Source: Candidatus Binatia bacterium
GTDB lineage: Bacteria; Desulfobacterota; Binatia; UBA9968; JAJDTQ01
Assembly: GCA_963422385.1 (NCBI GenBank)
Contig: OY729432.1
Span: 1,109,666-1,173,665 of the forward strand
Reading direction: 5' to 3'
DNA length: 64,000 nt
The notes under the pieces were generated by a model. That model worked only from the letters and a program-made list of their open reading frames with translations, ran no database searches and was not told the DNA's origin. How positions within the stretch are numbered: position 1 is the first letter of the stretch; every line of letters begins with the position of its first letter. Shown piece after piece: positions 47,695 through 56,132 of the stretch. The position numbers and the translations under genes were made by a program.

Positions 47695-49260
47695 ATGAAA
47701 CGCCGGCTCCCCATCGGCATGCAGACGTTCCGCGAGGTCCGTGAGCGGGACTGCTACTATGTGGACAAGACCGCCTACATCGAGAGGCTCGCGGCCTCGG
47801 GGAAGCACTACTTTCTCTCCCGGCCCCGGCGATTCGGCAAGAGCCTGTTCCTGGATACGCTGAAGGAACTCTTCGAGGCCAACGAGTCGCCGTTCAAGGG
47901 GCTTTACATCCACGACCGCTGGGACTGGTCCACGCGCTTCCCTGTTCTGCGCCTCAGCTTCGGCGCCGGCAGCTACAAGGAACCGGGGTACGTCGAAGCG
48001 AGCCTCATGGAACAGCTTGCCGGAATCGAGCGGCGGGCCGGTGTGGTTCTGGAATACGCCACCGCCGCGGGACGGCTCGGCGCTCTGCTGGAAGCGTTGC
48101 ATCTTCAGACGGGGCAGCCGGTGGTGGTGTTGGTGGACGAATACGACAAGCCCATCCTGGACGCCCTGGAGGCGCCGAAAGCGGCCGAAGCGAACCGCGA
48201 CTTCCTGCGCGGCCTCTACTCGGCCATCAAGGACCACGACGCGCACGTGCGGTTCACCTTCGTCACCGGGGTCAGCAAGTTCTCGAAGGTGAGCCTGTTC
48301 TCCGGTCTCAACAACCTCGCCGACCTCACGATGGACCCGCGCTATTCAGCCATATGCGGCTACACCGACGCCGACCTCGACACCGTGTTCGCACCCGAGC
48401 TTCCCGGACTCCACCGCGACGAGATCCGCGACTGGTACAACGGATACAGTTGGCGCGGCAACCAGAAAGTCTACAACCCGTTCGACATCCTGTTGTTGTT
48501 CGACAGCCGCGAGTACAAAGCCCACTGGTTCGAAACCGGGTCTCCATCGTTTCTGATCAAGACTCTGTTCGAACGGCGGCTGGGCGCGCCGGCCCTCGAA
48601 GACATGATCGGCACCGACGACCTGTTGTCGAAGTTCGATGTGGACGACATGACGACCGAGGCGCTGCTCTTCCAGACCGGCTATCTGACCATCCTGGAGG
48701 AGAGGAACCTGGGCGGCAAAACCCTCTACCGCCTGGGCTATCCGAACAGGGAGGTCAAGCAGAGCCTGAACGAGCACCTGTTGCGCGCCATGGGACCGGA
48801 CGCCTCACGGCAGGGACGGCACGACATCCGTCTCCATGAACTGCTTTCGGCCAACGACTTCGCCGGACTGGAAACGCTGTTCCGCTCGTTCTTCGCCGGC
48901 ATCCCGTACGAGTGGCATACGAACAACGACATCGCCAACTACGAAGGCTATTACGCCAGCGTGTTCGGCTATTACGCCAGCGTGTTCTATTCCTGGTTTG
49001 CCGCTCTCGGACTCGACGTTACGGTGGAGGACAGCAGCAGCCACGGCCGGCTCGACATGGCCGTGCGCTTCAACGGCAACGTTTACCTCTTCGAGTTCAA
49101 GGTGGTGGAGCTGGCGCCCAAGGGCGGGGCAATGGCGCAACTGAAAGAGAGAGCATATGCCGACAAGTACCGGCACTTGAACCAGCCCATCCACCTGGTT
49201 GCCGTCCAGTTCAGCAAGGAGAGGCGCAACCTGGCGTCGGTAGAGGTGGCGCGGGGTTGA
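47695..49260 (+). CDS. AAA-ATPase with a C-terminal PD-(D/E)XK nuclease-like domain (AAA_35/PDDEXK_9 architecture)
   Basis: N-terminus MKRRLPIGMQTFREVRERDCYYVDKTAYIERL...YFLSRPRRFGKSLFL is the hallmark of this family. It contains an in-frame 21-bp tandem duplication at 48946-48987. Confidence 0.75.
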   Translation: MKRRLPIGMQTFREVRERDCYYVDKTAYIERLAASGKHYFLSRPRRFGKSLFLDTLKELFEANESPFKGLYIHDRWDWSTRFPVLRLSFGAGSYKEPGYVEASLMEQLAGIERRAGVVLEYATAAGRLGALLEALHLQTGQPVVVLVDEYDKPILDALEAPKAAEANRDFLRGLYSAIKDHDAHVRFTFVTGVSKFSKVSLFSGLNNLADLTMDPRYSAICGYTDADLDTVFAPELPGLHRDEIRDWYNGYSWRGNQKVYNPFDILLLFDSREYKAHWFETGSPSFLIKTLFERRLGAPALEDMIGTDDLLSKFDVDDMTTEALLFQTGYLTILEERNLGGKTLYRLGYPNREVKQSLNEHLLRAMGPDASRQGRHDIRLHELLSANDFAGLETLFRSFFAGIPYEWHTNNDIANYEGYYASVFGYYASVFYSWFAALGLDVTVEDSSSHGRLDMAVRFNGNVYLFEFKVVELAPKGGAMAQLKERAYADKYRHLNQPIHLVAVQFSKERRNLASVEVARG

Positions 49261-49571
49261 AGCGAGAGGGGCAGGAGGAGCCAGGGAGACACCGGGTTCG
49301 TCAAGAGGCTCCTGTATTTGAAGCGGTCTACCAGCATGGTAGACTTCCCTTGCAGGTCATACTCGGCCAGCCGCAGTTCGGCGCCGTTGCCTTGGAGACA
49401 TTCAGCTTGGGAATCGACTCCGTGAATTGGCGGCTCATTACTGTCGACGCATTCATGATGGCGTAGGCATTGGAGCTTGTCGGTCCACCGCGAACATGCC
49501 CATGTCCAGCGCTCCCTGTGATCCATCCAGACATGGCCGGACCCGCGCCCACTAACGATCGTGCAATGAGG

Positions 49572-49589
49572 CCGGGCCTTTCGGCCCGG
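49572..49589 (+). promoter_or_regulatory. Hairpin (ccgggcc-tttc-ggcccgg) immediately upstream of the csb1 RBS
   Basis: A perfect 7-bp stem about 20 nt before the AGGAG RBS and the 49610 start. Confidence 0.3.
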
Positions 49590-49609
49590 ACCAACAGGAG
49601 AAAACCCGT

Positions 49610-50809
49610 ATGACCATTGACCTACAGACATTACAAACTGCTGTTGCCGGCACGGCCGCAGCGTTCCGGTGCGTGACCACCTATCAGCCGGCAGGAGGTC
49701 CCGGCGACAAGGTATTTCCCCCTACCTACAAAGGCGGGAAATACGCCACCGAGGAGCGAGTCGATCCCGAAACCGGCGAACGCCGACCCTGTGTTCTCCT
49801 GGATTCCGTGCAGTCGCAGGCCAACCGCATGGAACTGGCGTTGCTGGAAGCGCATCGCGCCAGCCAGGTGAGCCTTCCCTTGCTGGTCGCGCGCTTCAAT
49901 CAGGAGGAACTGCTCAAGAAGTTCACCGTGACCAGCCTTGAGGCGCCTCACCGCGTAGCGGATGCCCTTTTCCGAGACAGCCTCCTCGATGGCATGATCT
50001 TTCGCCGGTCAGAAAAGGGGCGAACACTTGACACCGCCGACGTGCGGAACGCCACCGGTCTGTTTGGCCTGTGTCCGACCGCCCTGGTATTCGGGCTGTG
50101 GGACTCGACCGGACCTCGTGGCGGTTCGGGTTGCAAGTTCCAGCGGGCGCTGGTGTCTGAAATAGTTGGGTATGATGCCGTGACGGGGAAGAAAACGTCC
50201 GGCCGCATTGACCCTGCGGAGATCATGCGTGATGCAGCTACGCTCTACGAGCGCAAGTCTGAAGGCGACAACGTGCCGCGCTGGACCTTGAAGGAAGGGG
50301 ACGGCAAGAGGAAGCTCAAGACGGGAAGGCCATCGGCAGCGAATCACGGAAACGTTGTACCCACCATCGCGGATGGCGGATTCACCCTGTCGGGAGCCCG
50401 ACAGACGACTACCTTGTCGCTCGCAGTCTTGCGACGCCTTCGTTTTCCGCTCGATGGAGCCGCCACTTCGAACGTCGCTACCGACCTTGCCGCACGCACC
50501 GCTCTGGCTGCCCTGGGTCTCGCCGCCGGGAGCCTGGCGCGCGTCGATACCGACCTTCGCTCTCGCTGCCAACTGTTCGCGGAGCAAACGCCCGCATGGG
50601 AGTTGCTCGACCACCCCGGTGAACCGCCACGGCAATTCGAACACGGTCCCGAAGACGCGCTCGAACTGTTGGATGAGGCGATCAAGGTGGCCAAAGATGC
50701 CGGCCTGCCGTGGGAGGGTGAGGTCGAATTGACTCCGTCGCCCGACTTGGTCGAACTGGTTCGGCGTAGCCAGGAAATGGCAAGCGCTTCGGAGGCGGAG
50801 CAAGGCTGA
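49610..50809 (+). CDS. cas7: Type I-G (formerly I-U) Cas7, Csb1/GSU0053 family
   Basis: YQPAGGPGDKVFPPTYKGGKYATEER and VLLDSVQSQANRMELAL are recalled signatures of the Csb1 family; the G-rich loop TGPRGGSGCKFQRAL; the gene lies directly upstream of csb2. Confidence 0.65.
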   Translation: MTIDLQTLQTAVAGTAAAFRCVTTYQPAGGPGDKVFPPTYKGGKYATEERVDPETGERRPCVLLDSVQSQANRMELALLEAHRASQVSLPLLVARFNQEELLKKFTVTSLEAPHRVADALFRDSLLDGMIFRRSEKGRTLDTADVRNATGLFGLCPTALVFGLWDSTGPRGGSGCKFQRALVSEIVGYDAVTGKKTSGRIDPAEIMRDAATLYERKSEGDNVPRWTLKEGDGKRKLKTGRPSAANHGNVVPTIADGGFTLSGARQTTTLSLAVLRRLRFPLDGAATSNVATDLAARTALAALGLAAGSLARVDTDLRSRCQLFAEQTPAWELLDHPGEPPRQFEHGPEDALELLDEAIKVAKDAGLPWEGEVELTPSPDLVELVRRSQEMASASEAEQG

Positions 50810-53169
50810 TGTTCGCTCTTGGCATCCGCTACCTGAACGGGTGGTCGATGGCCGCTGCGGACGGAGCGAGAAAGGAGAAGGCCGAATGGCCGCCGCATCC
50901 GGATCGGGTGTTCATGGCCTTGGCCGCGGCCTGGTTCGAGACCGATGCAGACGGCTCCGAAGGGGAAGCCTTGCGCTGGCTCGAAACCTTGCCGCCCCCT
51001 GAAATTGCCGCGTCGGATGCCGAGAGTCGCACCCCTGTCGTCAGCTACGTACCCGTCAACGACCCGAGCCTCGGTCGCAAGATGCCCGCAGGTCAAGACT
51101 TGGACAAGCTCAAGGATGCCGGACTGGGCCAACTGCCGGAGCATCGGTCGCCCCAGCCCCGCGGGTTTCCCGTGGCCATCCCTCGGGATCCGACGGTACA
51201 CCTGATTTGGCCGGAGGCACAGGTGGGCGTGCATCGCGAGGCCCTGGACCGGCTGGCCGCGAAGGTCACCCATGTGGGGCATTCCGCATCCTTCGTGCAA
51301 GCGTGGCTCGAAACCAGTCCATCGCCGCCCGCGTGGGTCCCGGGGACCGGGGTCGCGCGTCAGCGCCTGCGCGTGACGAGCCCTGGTCGCTTGAGGACTC
51401 TGGAAGGGCGCATGAACCGCGAAGCGTGGATCGCCTACCATGACCTTCGCCACGAAATCGAGCAGGCCGAGGCGGACCTCAAGGCGATGAAGCGCCCGCC
51501 AAGGGCGCCTTGGGAGGCATTCCCGGACGTGATTTTGCTGGCCGGCGAAACCCGAACCAGGCGGCATCCCGAGTACGCTGACGCAAAAGCCACCGACGAT
51601 GCTGTGGCCGCGGCCAACCTCGTCAACAGCCTGGTTGACGAAGCGGGGATTGCTGCGGTGCGGACACTGATCGCCACAGTCAGTGAAAGTGGTGAGCCGA
51701 TCCTGGTCAGCGCACATGCATTCGAGCGGCAGGGGCTCAATGCCATTCCCGCTGCCTTGACGAGATTGCTGAGCGAACGACTCCGCATCCCGCGCGAGAC
51801 TACCGTTGTGCAGACGAACGTTGTCTCCCACACGGGTGCAGACGGTTATGGTCGCCTTGCGCGACAAGCCTGTTTCGACGGCCGCATCGAAGCAGGTCGA
51901 GAGTATCTTATGGTGGACGATTTCGTTGGCCAAGGCGGGACCTTGGCCAATCTGCGCGGCTGGATGGAAAAACAAGGCGGTCAGGTCGTCGGAGCCGTTG
52001 CCCTGACCGGCAAATCGTACTCCGCCAAGTTGAACCCTTCAAAGGAGCAACTCCATGAACTCGGACAAAAGCACGGATCAGACTTTGAAAAGTGGTGGCA
52101 GGCGCACTTCGGCCACGCCTTCGATTGCCTTACTCAATCGGAAGCTCGGTACCTCGCCCGCTCCCCGGATGTTGACACCATCCGAAATCGCCTTGCTGCG
52201 GCAAAGCAAGGTGGAAGTGGATCGAGTAACAGGCGAAGTCCTGGCGAGCAAAGACAATACATAAAGGAAATGAAGACACGTCTAAGAGACACCTTCCCCG
52301 ATGGTGAACCCGTAAGCTTGCGCCCTGTACCGGGCCGCTGGCAGGGGTACACAGAGGCATCGAAAGATGGTGACCCTGAAGCACCGGGCCCGGTTTTCGC
52401 CCCGCGGCTCATTGTCCTGGACCTCAAGGGCAGGCGGGTGTCTTTGCCGGCCACGCTCAAGCTCACCGCGGCCCTGCGTGGGCTGTTGATGCGAGAGTGT
52501 GCCGACCAGCCCCCACCCGAGTGGTTCAGCGGCCATCGCACGGACGGCAAGCCAAGCGCCAACCCGCATCTCGCCCTGATACCGCTTCCCTTTGTCGGCG
52601 CCGAGCATGCAGACGGTCGCGTCATGGGTTTGGGTCTCGTACTGCCTGCGGATTTGGACTCATTGGCGGCCGGCCATTGTCTCGAACCGTTCTTGCACGA
52701 GTCGGCTACCGGCTTGCCACGCGAACATCCGTTGTTCGACGGCCAGTGGTTCGAGTGCGCTATCGAGTTGGAAACCCGCGAACGACCGCCGAGGAACCTC
52801 GACCCGAGAACCTGGACGCGGAGATCCTGCGTTTGGGCAAGCGTGACTCCGATCGTCCTGAACCGACACTTCGACGGCAAGGACAAGTGGGCGAAGGCCG
52901 CCGACAGCGTGAAAGACGCCTGCCGGCATATCGGCCTGCCGCGCCCCCGAGAAGTGCTGCTCCACCCGATCTCGCTGGTTGAAGGCGCACCGCACGCCAG
53001 GGACTACCCGCAACTGACCCGCAAGAACGCCGGTGGCGCGCGCAGCCACAGTCACGCGGCGATCATTTTCGACGAACCCGTGCGCGGGCCGGTAATTGTC
53101 GGGGCCGGGCGTTTCCGGGGGTATGGGTTGTGCCGGCCGATGGACGGGGGTGGCCAAGACCGTGGTTGA
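50809..53169 (+). CDS. Type I-G Cas5-Cas6 fusion (Csb2/GSU0054 family) with an inserted phosphoribosyltransferase-like domain
   Basis: N-terminal EWPPHPDRVFMALAAAW...VSYVPVNDP (Cas5 region of Csb2). C-terminal GAGRFRGYGLCRP glycine-rich loop (Cas6-like). At 786 aa it is far longer than the ~500 aa usual for Csb2, and the middle segment carries YLMVDDFVGQGGTL, a canonical type-I PRTase PRPP-binding motif. Confidence 0.65.
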   Translation: MFALGIRYLNGWSMAAADGARKEKAEWPPHPDRVFMALAAAWFETDADGSEGEALRWLETLPPPEIAASDAESRTPVVSYVPVNDPSLGRKMPAGQDLDKLKDAGLGQLPEHRSPQPRGFPVAIPRDPTVHLIWPEAQVGVHREALDRLAAKVTHVGHSASFVQAWLETSPSPPAWVPGTGVARQRLRVTSPGRLRTLEGRMNREAWIAYHDLRHEIEQAEADLKAMKRPPRAPWEAFPDVILLAGETRTRRHPEYADAKATDDAVAAANLVNSLVDEAGIAAVRTLIATVSESGEPILVSAHAFERQGLNAIPAALTRLLSERLRIPRETTVVQTNVVSHTGADGYGRLARQACFDGRIEAGREYLMVDDFVGQGGTLANLRGWMEKQGGQVVGAVALTGKSYSAKLNPSKEQLHELGQKHGSDFEKWWQAHFGHAFDCLTQSEARYLARSPDVDTIRNRLAAAKQGGSGSSNRRSPGEQRQYIKEMKTRLRDTFPDGEPVSLRPVPGRWQGYTEASKDGDPEAPGPVFAPRLIVLDLKGRRVSLPATLKLTAALRGLLMRECADQPPPEWFSGHRTDGKPSANPHLALIPLPFVGAEHADGRVMGLGLVLPADLDSLAAGHCLEPFLHESATGLPREHPLFDGQWFECAIELETRERPPRNLDPRTWTRRSCVWASVTPIVLNRHFDGKDKWAKAADSVKDACRHIGLPRPREVLLHPISLVEGAPHARDYPQLTRKNAGGARSHSHAAIIFDEPVRGPVIVGAGRFRGYGLCRPMDGGGQDRG

Positions 53170-54934
53170 ATCGAACGGCACGGCACGGGAACACGTGCTA
53201 CTGACAGTGCTCGGCACGAACCCGAAGAAGGCATGCTATCGCTTCAAGGACAGGCAGGCGGAGGCCATCCTCGCCCCGATCGCCCTGTATGACTTGTCGC
53301 CGGAAGCAGACCGGCCTGACCGGGTATTGGCACTCTGCACACCAGAGGCAAAGCAGAACAGTTTGCCGCTCCTTGAAGATGGGCTATGCGGTCGGTGCGT
53401 TGTGAAACCGGTTGACATTCCTGCCGGCAACTCTCAGGCGGACGTCCATACTTTCTTGGCTACGGTTGCCGCCGCCATACCGGAGAGAGCCGATCTCACC
53501 GTAGACGTCACCCACGGGTTCCGGCATTTCTCGTTCCTCACCTACATCGCCGTTCTCTACGTATCGGCGCTTCGCGGCATACGGGTACGCGGCGCCTACT
53601 ACGGTATGTTGAATCACAATGAGGCGAGTCCGTTTCTCGATCTGCGTCCGCTTCTGGAACTGCCCCGCTGGCTTCACGCGCTGCAGGTGTTGAACGATAC
53701 GGGGAGCGCCGTGTCCATTGCCAGTATCCTCGATGAGGGTTCCCAAGGACGGGGACCGCGGCTAATCGCAAGGCGTCTATCGCAGTGTCTATCGCAGTGT
53801 CTATCGCAGTTCTCGGAAGCGTACTTGTCCGGTCTCCCGCTCGAACTCGGCCGGCACGCGGCTGAGTTCACGCAGCAGTCGATCAAGCCGTTGAAGAGAC
53901 TGCTCCAGAACGATCACGCGTTACCCCTCGGGGGCGAGTTGGCCGATCAAATAGCAGAGTTCTTCAAGCCGCTGGCCCTGGGATCACAGGCTTCAGGGAG
54001 CGGGTGGAAGCAAAAGGTCGCGCTCTCGAAGGAAGAACTGGAACGTCAGGCCGCAGTTATCGACAACCTGCTGCGCCATGGAAGCGTCACAGCCGCATTG
54101 GGTCTCATGAACGAGTGGACCGTGTCGTGGGTAGTCCGGGTCCGCGACGGGCGCAACAGCGAATGGCTCGACTATCACAATGTCCGTCGCGGCGCCGCGA
54201 GCCTTCTCGGCGCCATGAGGGCCATCGGTAACGACCCTGAACTGCATTGTCTCTTGACGGATGAGCAGCGTTCGCTCGGAGTGTTCTGGGGAGAACTGTG
54301 TGACCTTCGCAACGGATACCACCACCACGGCATGCGCCCGCAGGTTCTGGTCGGCGACGCGCAAACCGGGAAAAAACTTCAGGGTGTGCGGGAATACTGG
54401 ACGACAACGCTCCGCTCATGCCCCGAGAATTTCGGGTTCTCGCTCGGCGATACGTCTGGAGGCCGGGTTCTGGTCAGTCCCATCGGAAAGCGCCCTGGCG
54501 TGCTGTACAGTGCGTTGCGCGCCTGCAGGGACGAAAACGGTAACAGCAGGTTGTCGCGATGCCTCGTCATCTGCTCGCCCGAAACCCGAGGAAAGATCGA
54601 CGAGGCGGTCGAGAACGCGGGGTACAAAGGGCATGTTGAGCCGCTTGTAATCAAAGACGCTTTCGGCGGCGGCTCCGGGGAAATCAGGAGCGTGGTGGCG
54701 AGGGGGCGAAAACATCTCATCGGTGCCGAGGCCGTCTTCGTGAACGTCACCGGCGGCACGACGCTCATGGGCCTTGCTGCCGAAGACCTTGCCAACGCGG
54801 GACGTGAACTTGCCTGCCCGGTGCGCCGGTTCGGCCTGATCGACCGCCGGCCGCCGAGAGAGCAGGAGGCCGACCCCTACCGGGCCGGCGAACCATTCTG
54901 GCTGGACCCGGGAGAAGACAAGAATGCCGACTGA
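53162..54934 (+). CDS. csx1: Csx1/Csm6-family CARF-HEPN protein (DxTHG family)
   Basis: N-terminal CARF strand LLTVLGTN and DVTHGFRHFS (DxTHG signature); C-terminal HEPN-like LCDLRNGYHHHG (R-x4-H). A GTG start at 53162 or 53195 is more likely than the listed ATG 53096, which overlaps csb2. Confidence 0.75.
   Translation: MVESNGTAREHVLLTVLGTNPKKACYRFKDRQAEAILAPIALYDLSPEADRPDRVLALCTPEAKQNSLPLLEDGLCGRCVVKPVDIPAGNSQADVHTFLATVAAAIPERADLTVDVTHGFRHFSFLTYIAVLYVSALRGIRVRGAYYGMLNHNEASPFLDLRPLLELPRWLHALQVLNDTGSAVSIASILDEGSQGRGPRLIARRLSQCLSQCLSQFSEAYLSGLPLELGRHAAEFTQQSIKPLKRLLQNDHALPLGGELADQIAEFFKPLALGSQASGSGWKQKVALSKEELERQAAVIDNLLRHGSVTAALGLMNEWTVSWVVRVRDGRNSEWLDYHNVRRGAASLLGAMRAIGNDPELHCLLTDEQRSLGVFWGELCDLRNGYHHHGMRPQVLVGDAQTGKKLQGVREYWTTTLRSCPENFGFSLGDTSGGRVLVSPIGKRPGVLYSALRACRDENGNSRLSRCLVICSPETRGKIDEAVENAGYKGHVEPLVIKDAFGGGSGEIRSVVARGRKHLIGAEAVFVNVTGGTTLMGLAAEDLANAGRELACPVRRFGLIDRRPPREQEADPYRAGEPFWLDPGEDKNAD
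53766..53801 (+). repeat. In-frame 12-bp x3 tandem repeat inside csx1, encoding (LSQC)x3
   Basis: gtctatcgcagt repeated three times. Confidence 0.5.
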
Positions 54935-56132
54935 AATCGAGGCAACCTATCGTGTCGTCACGCCGATGTTCTGCGCAGGCGCCACTCCCTCTCACGCCGA
55001 AGTTCGCGCGCCCTCCTTCAAAGGCGTGCTGCGCTTCTGGTGGCGGGCGCTGGCATGGTCGCGGCTGAAGGGTGACCTGGAAGCCATCAAGAAAGAGGAA
55101 GACAGGCTCTTTGGAAGCGCGAGCGGCGGTGGTTCGAAGGTGTCGATGCGTGTGGAGATGGACGCGCGTCAGAAAACAGTCCCGCAGAACACAGTACTTA
55201 CTGTTTCCGAAAAAAACCGCACCCCTGTCGGGGAGGGCGCCCGCTATCTCGGCTACGGCGTCATGGAAGCGTTCACGAGCAAGCCGAAGAATACGCGGGC
55301 AGGGCAACTCACGCGTTCGTGTCTCCATGCCCCTTTCGACTTCACTGCTCAAATGCGAGGTCGTAACCTGACTGAGGCGGAATCATCATCACTTAAGGAC
55401 GCTCTGGTCGCTCTGGGAACGTTCGGCAGTGTGGGAGCCAAAAACCGCAGGGGGTACGGCTCGTTGGTCCTTCAGTCTTTGCTTGTTGGTGGAGGCAACC
55501 AGTACCGTCAGCCACAGGACATGACCGGGCTGCATGACGCAATCAAGAAGCTCCAGCCCGATAGTGGGGGGCAAACGGCTCAAACCGGTTTGCCCGAGTT
55601 CACCGCATTGTCCGTGGAAGCGCGTCACCTACTGCTGTCAAGCGACAAGAAGGAACCCATGAATCTCCTGGATCTCGTTGGCCGCGAGTTGATGAGGTAT
55701 CGTAGCTGGGGCCACAACGGAAAGGTACTCGGTCAACCATCAGAGCGTAATTTCAAGGATGATCACGACCTGATGAAGAAGTCGGCTGGAGAGCGTAAGA
55801 CACATCCTCGCCGCATCGCCTTCGGCCTTCCTCACAACTACGGCAAGAGACCGGACCAACAGGTTGGCCCGTATGACAAGAAAACGGACCGTCGCGCCAG
55901 TCCGCTGTTTGTCCACATTCACGAATGTGGTGGTACACCGGTCGCCCTACTGTCGTTCCTCCCGGCCCGATTTCTGCGCAAAGATGGATCGGACGTTTCC
56001 GTCGGGCAAACCCGAATCGCTCACCGTCCAGAGGACGAACTCTACCGCCCGATTCACGACTTTCTTGACCGCCTGCTCGATGAAAACAAGCGGAAGGAAC
56101 AATTTACGGATGTTCAGGAGGTGCAACCGTGA
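54924..56132 (+). CDS. cmr1: Type III-B Cmr1 (Cas7-group RAMP)
   Basis: TPMFCAGA ... RAPSFKGVLRFWWRA, the Cmr1 N-terminal RAMP signature; the start overlaps the csx1 stop. Confidence 0.85.
   Translation: MPTEIEATYRVVTPMFCAGATPSHAEVRAPSFKGVLRFWWRALAWSRLKGDLEAIKKEEDRLFGSASGGGSKVSMRVEMDARQKTVPQNTVLTVSEKNRTPVGEGARYLGYGVMEAFTSKPKNTRAGQLTRSCLHAPFDFTAQMRGRNLTEAESSSLKDALVALGTFGSVGAKNRRGYGSLVLQSLLVGGGNQYRQPQDMTGLHDAIKKLQPDSGGQTAQTGLPEFTALSVEARHLLLSSDKKEPMNLLDLVGRELMRYRSWGHNGKVLGQPSERNFKDDHDLMKKSAGERKTHPRRIAFGLPHNYGKRPDQQVGPYDKKTDRRASPLFVHIHECGGTPVALLSFLPARFLRKDGSDVSVGQTRIAHRPEDELYRPIHDFLDRLLDENKRKEQFTDVQEVQP

Noticed and set aside
50344-51975. 543-aa minus-strand ORF antisense to csb1 and csb2
   Set aside because: No motifs, and it lies opposite strongly supported cas genes.
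53766-53801. Possible CRISPR array (the only obvious short direct repeats near the cas genes)
   Set aside because: The unit is 12 bp, tandem with no spacers, and in frame inside csx1. No repeat-spacer structure was found in any intergenic region of the window.
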